From IMG/VR virus record IMGVR_UViG_3300014205_000210, positions 56,162 through 76,161 of that record: a DNA stretch of 20,000 nt; one strand, 5' to 3'. The DNA comes from an uncultured virus (IMG/VR IMGVR_UViG_3300014205_000210) (lineage: Duplodnaviria > Heunggongvirae > Uroviricota > Caudoviricetes). How positions within the stretch are numbered: position 1 is the first letter of the stretch; each line of letters starts with the position of its first letter. Shown in pieces: positions 8,477 through 16,015 of the stretch. The position numbers and the translations under genes were made by a program. Under the pieces are notes generated by a model that made no database searches, was not told the origin of the DNA, and was given only the letters and a program-made list of their open reading frames with translations.

Positions 8477-10089
8477 TATCTACTTGCCCCAGTAGAGCTA
8501 TGAGTATCATCAAATTCCAACTGAATTTGACTATATGATCTAATTTTTTGCTCAATTTCTTTTTGTTTCAGAGTTAAGATTTGATCATACCGATCATCTT
8601 TTCCAGTTTTCTTAAGACGTTCATCAAAAGCTTTTGCATTTGCTGTTGCTGAAACTGCTTCATTTTCCATTAAACGTTCAAGATGTTTAGCCTTAACTGC
8701 TTTTGCCCTGTAATCTTTGTCGCCAGTAATAAAGTCCATAGGATGAGCTATAATGGCCCCTAAAATATCTCCAAATCCTAAGAAAGCTTCTTTAAGCCAA
8801 TTAACTGCTTTTGTAAATACTTTTGATAATGAACCAAAAATACCTTTAGAAAAAAAGTCTTTTAGCCATGCCCCAAACCGAGATGGAGCAGACCGTAATG
8901 TATGACTTATATAAGAGCCAAATTTTTTTGTTTGCTTCCAAATTTCTTTTATTCCAAATTTTTTAATATTTGTAAATGCCCATACAATAAATCGTACTGG
9001 AGCAGTAAGTATTTTAAAAAATACTCCTAATATTTTTCCAAAAATTCCAAATTTTTCTTCTAAAATTTTAGGAACGCTATCTAACCACGCACCAACTTTA
9101 TCAGAGTATTTCCATAGTAAAAGTAGGGCTGCTGCTAAAGCTATTGCAGCTAAAACAAAGGGGAGGATGGGAGTTATTACAGCCCATAAAGGAGCTACCA
9201 AAGACCATAATCCAGCCGCAAATCCTCCTTCTCCTAAAATAGTTGCATATAAACCCGGCAATAAAGTACGAATCATTAACATTCCTAGTTTTCCAAATAG
9301 CCCTACTATAGGTCCTAAAATTGTTTTTAATAAAGTAAACATAGGAAGTACTTTCATTATAAGCCCAGTTCCAATATATAGAATTGGGATAAGCGGCCCA
9401 ATAGCTTTAAATAAACCAGTAAAAGCTCCCTTAGCTCCAAATAAACTTTCTCCAAGCCCTTCTAGCATTGTGCCTTTAAATATTTGATCAATTCGTTTTC
9501 CAATTTCTGGAAATAATTTATCAATAAGTCTTATAATAGCTTTTGGTAAAACATCAAATAACATTCTAGTAATCAATCTAAAAAGTGTTGGGGCTATTGC
9601 TATTATAAGGTCAAAAATAATTAATACTATGCTTGTAAACATATCAATAAGGCTATTAAGTAGTTCAGGCCCTAAAAAGGCAAGAGCTAAAAGCCCCATG
9701 AGACTTTTAAAGAAATTATCTCCAGCACTTTTCATGAAAGAAGTAATTCCCTTTTTAGCAAGCTCTAAAAATTTATTTTGACGTAGGTATTTGTCATAGT
9801 ATAGTGTTAATTTATTTTGCATTCGTAAAAACTTTATTTGGCGAGTAGAAAAAATACTTCCATCACTATTGACATTTTTAAGTAGTATTTTTATTTGTTT
9901 GTCACGCTCTTTATATGCTTTCTCAGCTTCTACTTTTTGTTGGGCAACTTTTAAATCACGCCGTTGTGATTGTGTTAATAATCCTTCTATACCCTCTATA
10001 GCTTCAAGAGCTTTTTCTTGTTTTTTAGGAGACAACCCTTCTATAGTTCGGGGGATAGATTTTAATGAAGGTGCGAGTAAATTAGCCAT
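8476..10089 (-). CDS. Tape measure protein
   Basis: Lies between chaperone and baseplate genes. Helical, with long hydrophobic/amphipathic segments and spaced F/W residues. 537 aa, similar in size to T4 gp29. Confidence 0.75.
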   Translation of the reverse strand: MANLLAPSLKSIPRTIEGLSPKKQEKALEAIEGIEGLLTQSQRRDLKVAQQKVEAEKAYKERDKQIKILLKNVNSDGSIFSTRQIKFLRMQNKLTLYYDKYLRQNKFLELAKKGITSFMKSAGDNFFKSLMGLLALAFLGPELLNSLIDMFTSIVLIIFDLIIAIAPTLFRLITRMLFDVLPKAIIRLIDKLFPEIGKRIDQIFKGTMLEGLGESLFGAKGAFTGLFKAIGPLIPILYIGTGLIMKVLPMFTLLKTILGPIVGLFGKLGMLMIRTLLPGLYATILGEGGFAAGLWSLVAPLWAVITPILPFVLAAIALAAALLLLWKYSDKVGAWLDSVPKILEEKFGIFGKILGVFFKILTAPVRFIVWAFTNIKKFGIKEIWKQTKKFGSYISHTLRSAPSRFGAWLKDFFSKGIFGSLSKVFTKAVNWLKEAFLGFGDILGAIIAHPMDFITGDKDYRAKAVKAKHLERLMENEAVSATANAKAFDERLKKTGKDDRYDQILTLKQKEIEQKIRSYSQIQLEFDDTHSSTGASR

Positions 10090-10098
10090 ATAGTTTCT

Positions 10099-10410
10099 TT
10101 AATTATTAGTAGTAGCAGACCCTTTATTTTTAAAGGCCCCTGACACTAGTTTAGCAATATTAGCATAAAAATCGATTGATTGTTTCATAATTTTTTGGGC
10201 TTCAGACCACGGAGTTTTGAGAATTTCACTACGTGGTTGGCAACATTTAGACTCCAAAATATATAGTACCTCTCGCACGTTTTCGATGTGCTCGTTGGGT
10301 ATCAATGTCAAGTGGTAAAAGCTCGATAGGAGTAAATTCTTGTTGAAGTAACCTCTTGCTAGGCTTGCCACATAAATTGCAAGTAAGCTCTCTTTCATCA
10401 TAAATTCCAA
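10099..10410 (-). CDS. Tail chaperone second frame (gp51/'T'-like); real 5' end uncertain, possibly reached by frameshift
   Basis: Overlaps the 392-aa chaperone by 164 nt in the +1 frame and ends 9 nt before the TMP start. LYILESKCCQPRSEILKTPWSEAQKIMK resembles the (l......sei..mp..er) segment typical of this position. Confidence 0.55.
   Translation of the reverse strand: MEFMMKESLLAIYVASLARGYFNKNLLLSSFYHLTLIPNEHIENVREVLYILESKCCQPRSEILKTPWSEAQKIMKQSIDFYANIAKLVSGAFKNKGSATTNN
10103..10111 (-). promoter_or_regulatory. TACTAATAA putative late promoter, upstream of tape measure
   Basis: Perfect 9-mer, 13 nt upstream of the ATG at 10089, embedded in the last codons (T-T-N-N-stop) of the upstream ORF. 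Confidence 0.65.
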
Positions 10411-11425
10411 ATTGTATATGACTTAAAAAATCACTAAAGTCGAACTGATCTCCTCTAGTAAGTTCTTTAAATAATTCATAACGTTCTTCATGTGATGAAA
10501 TTTCTTTTCCATTAAATTTAATTAATGTCATTGCTTGAGCATATAAAATAGCTTCTTTTGCTTCATTTTCTTTAATAGCTTGAATTTCTCTTTCTTTTTG
10601 CTCTTGAACTTCTAAAAGCATTACTCCATGGGGATTAGGACGATTTTTAATTATTCTAATTTTTGGATCATATTTTAATCGTATTAGTTTTTGTGCTTCT
10701 AATAAATCACCAACTCTCATAAGTTTAAAAGAATATAAATTTCCAGTATCAGGGTGTTTATAATTAATTGGCTCTTTAATCATTATAGTTTCAAGTTCTT
10801 GTTCTCGTGTCCAAGTATCAATATCATCAAGAGGTTCTTCAGCGTAGCGATTAATTAAATATTCTTTAAATTCTTCATCTGTCCATTCATCAAAATAATT
10901 TTCTTTATAAAATTTTCGAAGATCTAATTCCGCTTGTTCAATTGAACGATATTGAATAGTTCGTAAGTCAATCTCAACTTCACTAATTTTTCGTTCTTTA
11001 TCAGAAGCATTAATTTGGCAATCATCTATCCAACGGTGAATATGCTTATATGTATTAAACTGAAGTTTTATACCAACTAAAGCTTCAAGAAATTCTTCTA
11101 TTGTAAGCTCAGTAATAGAAACTCCAGCATCAGGATTTTTAATCCTATCCATAATAGAAATTAATGTTTCATAAATAGTTTCAAGAGTCGACAATGTAAG
11201 GTCATTAACATGCTCAACAGAATAATCTGTAAAATACATTTCTGGAGGAGCACTAAATCGACCATTACTTTCAAATTTTACAGTAACTCTACCACCACGA
11301 TTATAAAACTTAGTATCTTCAGCTGGTATTATTTCTTTTGTTTTTGCTCGTGGTGTTCGTTCATTTCTTATGGGTTTGCTTTCTAATGTTTTTGGGTCTA
11401 TGAGAATACTATCTTCGTTATCCAT
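10247..11425 (-). CDS. Tail/baseplate-hub assembly chaperone (T4 gp26-like)
   Basis: Acidic; lies between tube genes and TMP; FKLMRVGD motif and C-terminal ELTCNLCGK (CxxC); AAGGAG RBS. Confidence 0.6.
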   Translation of the reverse strand: MDNEDSILIDPKTLESKPIRNERTPRAKTKEIIPAEDTKFYNRGGRVTVKFESNGRFSAPPEMYFTDYSVEHVNDLTLSTLETIYETLISIMDRIKNPDAGVSITELTIEEFLEALVGIKLQFNTYKHIHRWIDDCQINASDKERKISEVEIDLRTIQYRSIEQAELDLRKFYKENYFDEWTDEEFKEYLINRYAEEPLDDIDTWTREQELETIMIKEPINYKHPDTGNLYSFKLMRVGDLLEAQKLIRLKYDPKIRIIKNRPNPHGVMLLEVQEQKEREIQAIKENEAKEAILYAQAMTLIKFNGKEISSHEERYELFKELTRGDQFDFSDFLSHIQFGIYDERELTCNLCGKPSKRLLQQEFTPIELLPLDIDTQRAHRKRARGTIYFGV

Positions 11426-11450
11426 TTACAACTCCTTATTAATTTATCTA

Positions 11451-12152
11451 TTAACCAACTATTGCATCTTCTATTGCAGCTATTACTTTTCCTGATAAAG
11501 AAACCCATTCAGCATTTTCTATAGAAAAAGATACAGGGACTATCATAGCATCTCCAGTTTTTTGATCAAGTTCAAGTTCTCCAAATGCAATTGGTTTTAG
11601 CCCATACACAGCAAGAATTACATCATTTGGAGTTCCTTGCTTATCTAATAAAAATATTTTTGCATTTTTTTTTGCTTTGGCTTGGTTATCATTAAATAAA
11701 TACCCTTTTTGGGAGTCATATACTCCAATTGAATTAAGCCAACCCGCAATATAACTTCGTACAGTACCACTATCATCTTCTAAAAATTCAAGAGTTATAC
11801 TTTCTGCATATTCTACATCTTTTATATAGGTTTTAAAATCTGCTCGTTCATATGTAAAATTAGGAAAAGTTATTTGTACTTTTTGTAAATACAAATTTGT
11901 AATGGACATATCACTGACTAATGAGCGTGCTGCTTGTTCTACAGAAACAAAAGCTTCTCCCGCTGAGGAAGTGCTACCAAGAGTAACTGGGTATAAAAGT
12001 ATTTCAAATACATTAAGCATTTGAGCATCCATATTATATAGACGCTGTAGTATCTGCTCATTGTATTTCCCAGTCATTTGAGCTGCTTGTTTAGAAACAG
12101 CCATTTTAGCTGAGTTGTAACCTGATTCTGCTGTTTTTAAAAAATTAGCCAT
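11451..12152 (-). CDS. Tail tube paralog (gp19/gp54-like)
   Basis: KVQITFP...YAESITLEFLEDDSGTVRSYIAGWLNSI...VYGLKPIAFGELELD is a gp19-family pattern. Follows the tube gene. Confidence 0.65.
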   Translation of the reverse strand: MANFLKTAESGYNSAKMAVSKQAAQMTGKYNEQILQRLYNMDAQMLNVFEILLYPVTLGSTSSAGEAFVSVEQAARSLVSDMSITNLYLQKVQITFPNFTYERADFKTYIKDVEYAESITLEFLEDDSGTVRSYIAGWLNSIGVYDSQKGYLFNDNQAKAKKNAKIFLLDKQGTPNDVILAVYGLKPIAFGELELDQKTGDAMIVPVSFSIENAEWVSLSGKVIAAIEDAIVG

Positions 12153-12168
12153 TTATGCCTCTATTTGT

Positions 12169-12177
12169 TTATTAGTA
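12169..12177 (-). promoter_or_regulatory. TACTAATAA putative late promoter, upstream of tube paralog
   Basis: Perfect 9-mer, 16 nt upstream of the ATG at 12152, directly after a terminator hairpin. Confidence 0.7.
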
Positions 12178-12179
12178 AT

Positions 12180-12211
12180 AAAGCAAAAGCTAGTTTGTTT
12201 AAACTAGCTTT
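12180..12211 (-). terminator. Intrinsic terminator after sheath-tube genes
   Basis: Perfect 11-bp inverted repeat AAAGCTAGTTT (12186-12196) / AAACTAGCTTT (12201-12211) with a 4-nt loop, running into TTTTGCTTT on the minus strand. Confidence 0.7.
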
Positions 12212-12236
12212 ATAATATTTAAAAATGTAGTATTTT

Positions 12237-12743
12237 TTATTCGTATTTGATTGTTTGATAAATCATATTTAACGTACAACGAGATGGATCAGCATTATTA
12301 TGTTCAAATTGAGTGGTTTTTAGTCCAACAAGAGCTACTCCGCCATATCTAAAAGTACGTTTAACTATACCTGATCCATCAAGAGCTTTAACTAATAAAG
12401 AAGTACTTATTTGTGAAAAATCCATTGCAGTACCATTAACACAATCATGTACCATTTTTTTCCATTTAACAAGGTCTTTATGAACTTGCCATTGCTGATC
12501 TATACGTACATCAAAAGTCATAGTTTTTTCAGTTTCATCTATCATGCTTGGCTTAACAATTTTTAAACCACGAAACCAAAACTCATAAGTTCCAACTTTT
12601 TCTTCAGGAGGGTCGAATGATTGGTCAGCACGTAATGAAATAAGGTCAGCTTTACCCCCGCCGGGAATTCCATTTGGAAAGTTTATAATATATTGACTTG
12701 AGTGTTGATCATCTCCAAGTTGAATTATAAGATCTGTACTCAT
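12237..12743 (-). CDS. Tail tube protein (gp19-like)
   Basis: 168 aa immediately after the sheath; SFDPPEEKV..YEFWFRG...MTFDVRIDQQWQVHKDLVKWKK tube pattern; GAGGT RBS; followed by a terminator. Confidence 0.8.
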   Translation of the reverse strand: MSTDLIIQLGDDQHSSQYIINFPNGIPGGGKADLISLRADQSFDPPEEKVGTYEFWFRGLKIVKPSMIDETEKTMTFDVRIDQQWQVHKDLVKWKKMVHDCVNGTAMDFSQISTSLLVKALDGSGIVKRTFRYGGVALVGLKTTQFEHNNADPSRCTLNMIYQTIKYE

Positions 12744-12770
12744 GTTTATTTTACCTCGTTAATTCTATAA

Positions 12771-12779
12771 TTATTAGTA
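12771..12779 (-). promoter_or_regulatory. TACTAATAA putative late promoter, upstream of tail tube
   Basis: Perfect 9-mer, 27 nt upstream of the ATG at 12743. Confidence 0.7.
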
Positions 12780-12785
12780 TTCATA

Positions 12786-14609
12786 TTAAGTTGTTGGTAA
12801 TAGTTCGGCCAACACTTGAGTTTGAGATAACCGAGTTAATCTGACTAAGCATAATTCAGAAGTTGGGGTCGTCCTACAATACACGTCCAAAACGAACCGT
12901 CTGTTTTCAAGTACCACATCAGTATTATTAGAACTGTCGCACAAAACATAAAATTCGCGGAAAGCTCCTACAGCTCCAAGAGTTGCTGCAATAAAATCAT
13001 CCGTCATTACTCGAGCTTTTGTTCTGTGTGGTTCATCATTCCATTTAAAAACTTGTTTCTTCAATACGTAACGAGCAACACGGCTAATTAAGTAGTTGTA
13101 CGCTCTACGAGCTCCGATATAACTTGTGTCTGAAAGATCAACTTGAGCTGTTTTATCTCCAGAAACCATAACTCCATATGTGTCATCAAAAATTATTGGA
13201 TTAATTTGAGCATCATCAAGATTTTGTACATCAGTAGGATCACTAAAATCTTGATCCATTTCTAAATATACCCAATCTCGTAATTGACCACCATGACCGT
13301 CATCATCTGCTCCAGCAGGAGCTTGACTATCATATACATCTGCCATATCAGCATATTTACCACCAATAGAGCCTATATTCGAAATCCAAGCTTCTGAGTT
13401 ATTATATGGGTCTTTAATTAATGACCAGTTAGCATATAAAGAAATATTATCAGAGTCTAATGAAAGAGCATTTCTTTCTGTAACTAATTCTGTGGCATCA
13501 TTTCCAATAGTAAGTATAGTTATGCCATGAGCATAAGGTTGTGATGCTTGTATAATAGTGTTCATTTTTACTGAGTATCCACCAACTGCATCCATAAAAA
13601 TAGTAGCTGGGTATTTACCTGCTTTTGAGAAGAAGTCCCATCCAGTATTCATATTAGCTGAACTGGGGTCCACTCGTCTCCCTCCAACAAAATCTACTTT
13701 AAGAGTTGAAGCAATACTATATGTAGTATATTGGTATGCAGTATTTATTTTAGGAAGAAGATATTTATTATTTTTAAAAACATCAAGAATATATAATGAT
13801 TTTCCAAACCCATCTTTTTCTCTAATTAAAGAATAGCTATAAGTATCTATTTCTACATAGTTTCCAGATACAATTTTATAAAGAGTTAGTTTAAATTTAT
13901 ATCCGCTAACTGATTCAAAATCAACTGATAAATCATCATCATAAGGAGAAACTGCAAAAAATGAATGAGAAATACTTGTTGAGTTGTCTGCTGTGTAAGA
14001 ATAATTTACTGTTAAAGCACTTCCACTAGCGGGGGCCGTTACTGTTTTAAAAGCAATTCCACCACTTGCATATACTACGCTGTTAGTACCAGTAGAGTCA
14101 ATATCATCACCAGATATAACACCACTTCCATTGTCTCCAGCATCAAGAGCAATTCCACCAACTAAAAGCTCTATACTTCCAGCAGCTACAGGAAGATTAG
14201 TTAACGTACCAGAAAATATTTTAGTAACCCCGTTACCATTACCTAAAGAAAGTGTACCCGCATGATTATTTAAGGTATAATAAAATGAATCTGGATGATT
14301 TTGGCCAGCACTAAAAGCTGCTACAGACCCAGATTGTATATGAATTCCACCAAATTTTGATTGAATAGTATCATAAGGGCAGACCATATATAACGAAGAC
14401 TTTCGCACAAAAGCAAGAGCTTCAAATACTCCAGGATAATCAGAGGAAGGATATCCAGCATTTATGAGAACATCTTCTTCACTTTGGCAAAGAATAGGTT
14501 TATCAAATCTTCCCTTACTTGCAGGAATAACCATTGCTCCCTGTTCAGATATATTACTATTTACAAAACCGCTTAAATCGCGCTCTTGACTTTGTACTCT
14601 ATAACTCAT
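12786..14609 (-). CDS. Contractile tail sheath protein (gp18-like)
   Basis: N-terminal RVQSQERDLS...KGRFDKP; C-terminal APAG, INPI, GDKT, FKWNDE, VLCDSSNNT sheath motifs; GAGGT RBS. Confidence 0.92.
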   Translation of the reverse strand: MSYRVQSQERDLSGFVNSNISEQGAMVIPASKGRFDKPILCQSEEDVLINAGYPSSDYPGVFEALAFVRKSSLYMVCPYDTIQSKFGGIHIQSGSVAAFSAGQNHPDSFYYTLNNHAGTLSLGNGNGVTKIFSGTLTNLPVAAGSIELLVGGIALDAGDNGSGVISGDDIDSTGTNSVVYASGGIAFKTVTAPASGSALTVNYSYTADNSTSISHSFFAVSPYDDDLSVDFESVSGYKFKLTLYKIVSGNYVEIDTYSYSLIREKDGFGKSLYILDVFKNNKYLLPKINTAYQYTTYSIASTLKVDFVGGRRVDPSSANMNTGWDFFSKAGKYPATIFMDAVGGYSVKMNTIIQASQPYAHGITILTIGNDATELVTERNALSLDSDNISLYANWSLIKDPYNNSEAWISNIGSIGGKYADMADVYDSQAPAGADDDGHGGQLRDWVYLEMDQDFSDPTDVQNLDDAQINPIIFDDTYGVMVSGDKTAQVDLSDTSYIGARRAYNYLISRVARYVLKKQVFKWNDEPHRTKARVMTDDFIAATLGAVGAFREFYVLCDSSNNTDVVLENRRFVLDVYCRTTPTSELCLVRLTRLSQTQVLAELLPTT

Positions 14610-14652
14610 GTTGTTGACCTCAAATTTCGTTTATTCTCATTAGGTAGTTTAT

Positions 14653-14661
14653 TTATTAGTA
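14653..14661 (-). promoter_or_regulatory. TACTAATAA putative late promoter (proximal), upstream of sheath
   Basis: Perfect 9-mer, 43 nt upstream of the ATG at 14609. Confidence 0.7.
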
Positions 14662-14702
14662 ACTACTATCAGAAAATAGCTTATACATTTATATGATTTT
14701 AA

Positions 14703-14711
14703 TTATTAGTA
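14703..14711 (-). promoter_or_regulatory. TACTAATAA putative late promoter (distal), upstream of sheath
   Basis: Second perfect copy, 50 nt upstream of the first. Confidence 0.65.
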
Positions 14712-14771
14712 TTAAATTTTATTTTTAAATTTACTAAGTTTTTATATATATTTAAGGCTTCTATTTCAAAT

Positions 14772-14780
14772 TACTAATAA
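14772..14780 (+). promoter_or_regulatory. TACTAATAA putative late promoter on + strand, upstream of 69-aa ORF
   Basis: Only + strand copy seen; 27 nt upstream of the + strand ATG at 14808. Confidence 0.65.
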
Positions 14781-14807
14781 ATAAGTTAGATAATAAAGGT
14801 AAAAATT

Positions 14808-15017
14808 ATGTACAAAAAAATTATTCTTGCAGTTCTTTGTATTTTATGTTTTGGGCTTATTATTAAAACTTGTTTTTTTAGTAAAACTTGTGAAGAACTT
14901 GCTATTGATCATTTTAATTGTGTTAAAACTCAACTTATAGAACAAAATATTTTAAAGAAACATAATACAAAAGCTTTAGGTTTAATTATCGATTCATGTA
15001 AAGATGAAATTCTTTAA
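14808..15017 (+). CDS. Small Cys-rich membrane-anchored or exported protein, function unknown
   Basis: MYKK followed by hydrophobic IILAVLCILCFGLII; 6 Cys; AAGGT RBS and its own copy of the late motif; fills otherwise non-coding space. Confidence 0.6.
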   Translation: MYKKIILAVLCILCFGLIIKTCFFSKTCEELAIDHFNCVKTQLIEQNILKKHNTKALGLIIDSCKDEIL

Positions 15018-15277
15018 CTAATTGTTAATGAAGACTCAGTAGTAGAAAGTTTTATTTTAGAATCTTTTTGTAATAATTTAATAAGAGAATTATATTTTGA
15101 AATATTTTCTATTATAAGTTGTTTTGTACAACTACATAAAACTTTTTGTAATAAACTTTCTATAAAATATGAACGTGAAACTTCTTTAGACTCTACTTTA
15201 AATTTATAAGAAGACTTTAATAATTGATTAAATTCTGCTTTAAGATCTTGTTCTAAGATTGCATTATACCGCTTCAT
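15014..15277 (-). CDS. Hypothetical protein with MKRYNAILE leader (putative internal head protein)
   Basis: 87 aa; start overlaps the end of the Nudix gene; leader resembles those of the two upstream genes. Confidence 0.6.
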   Translation of the reverse strand: MKRYNAILEQDLKAEFNQLLKSSYKFKVESKEVSRSYFIESLLQKVLCSCTKQLIIENISKYNSLIKLLQKDSKIKLSTTESSLTIS

Positions 15278-15713
15278 TAAAAATCTCTCTTATGACTCTA
15301 ACTAAATTTTTTCCACAATAATTTCCAATATCTCGAATAGCAATTATTTTATACCCATCCATTTCAGGATAATTGTTATTATTTTTATCTACAAAATTTG
15401 TTGTACATCGTAAAGCTGAAGGTCGAATTTTACTCATATCTGTTTCAATTTTATATAAAATTAAATCATTTGAGCCTTGATAATTAAATGACCCTAATTG
15501 GATAAAATCAGTTTTTGGAAATGTAAGACCTGTTTCTTCTCGTAATTCTCTAATAGCACAGTCAAGATTATTTTCTCCAAGCTCTTGATGCCCTTTTGGG
15601 ATATCGAAATGTCGGGTACGAGTAGCATGACAAATTAGTATTTCTTGATTGTTTGTAATAAGAACTCCTACTCGAATTTCTTTGGATTCTTTTAGTGAAA
15701 TATATCTTTTCAT
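15264..15713 (-). CDS. Nudix hydrolase with MKRYISLKE leader
   Basis: Complete Nudix box G-x5-E-x7-RE-L-x-EE-x-G-L (GHQELGENNLDCAIRELREETGL). Start re-assigned to ATG 15713, 5 nt after the upstream stop, giving the shared leader (149 aa). Confidence 0.9.
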   Translation of the reverse strand: MKRYISLKESKEIRVGVLITNNQEILICHATRTRHFDIPKGHQELGENNLDCAIRELREETGLTFPKTDFIQLGSFNYQGSNDLILYKIETDMSKIRPSALRCTTNFVDKNNNNYPEMDGYKIIAIRDIGNYCGKNLVRVIREIFNEAV

Positions 15714-15718
15714 TTTAT

Positions 15719-16015
15719 TTATATCCACTTTTTATAAGAGCCATACTCATCTGAGAGCTCTTGATATTTAGGTAAATGATCAAAAACTTGAGAGATATTT
15801 GTATGATAAATTCTACTATTTACCTCAATATCTAAATAAGTATTAGATAGCCCTTTTTTATCTATATTAGTTATTGTGACAATTTTTCCTTTTATTGGTT
15901 TAGCAGCTATTTGGCCTTTGAGAAAATAAACTATTTGCCCTTCTTTAGGCAATTGAATATTGTCTAAATAACTCCCAGTGTTTTTAGTTTCTTTTAGTGA
16001 AATATATCGCTTCAT
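15719..16015 (-). CDS. Small SH3/KOW-like beta-barrel protein with MKRYISLKE leader
   Basis: Start re-assigned to ATG 16015 (TAATG overlap with the neck gene stop), 98 aa. PKEGQIVYF...KGKIVTI...YLDIEV resembles an SH3-like barrel. Confidence 0.6.
   Translation of the reverse strand: MKRYISLKETKNTGSYLDNIQLPKEGQIVYFLKGQIAAKPIKGKIVTITNIDKKGLSNTYLDIEVNSRIYHTNISQVFDHLPKYQELSDEYGSYKKWI

Noticed and set aside
11433..11446. AATTAATAA before the chaperone gene as a tenth late motif
   Set aside because: Two mismatches in very AT-rich DNA cannot be distinguished from chance.
5876..13836. + strand ORFs 5876-6094, 9167-9487, 9869-10093 and 13558-13836
   Set aside because: Antisense to well-supported structural genes, with no motif, recognisable domain or convincing RBS.
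2051..14609. Extracellular contractile injection system or tailocin rather than phage
   Set aside because: Flanked by a primase, a gp47-like nuclease and a gp13-like neck gene, with T4-style single-element motifs; no Afp15-like AAA ATPase is seen.
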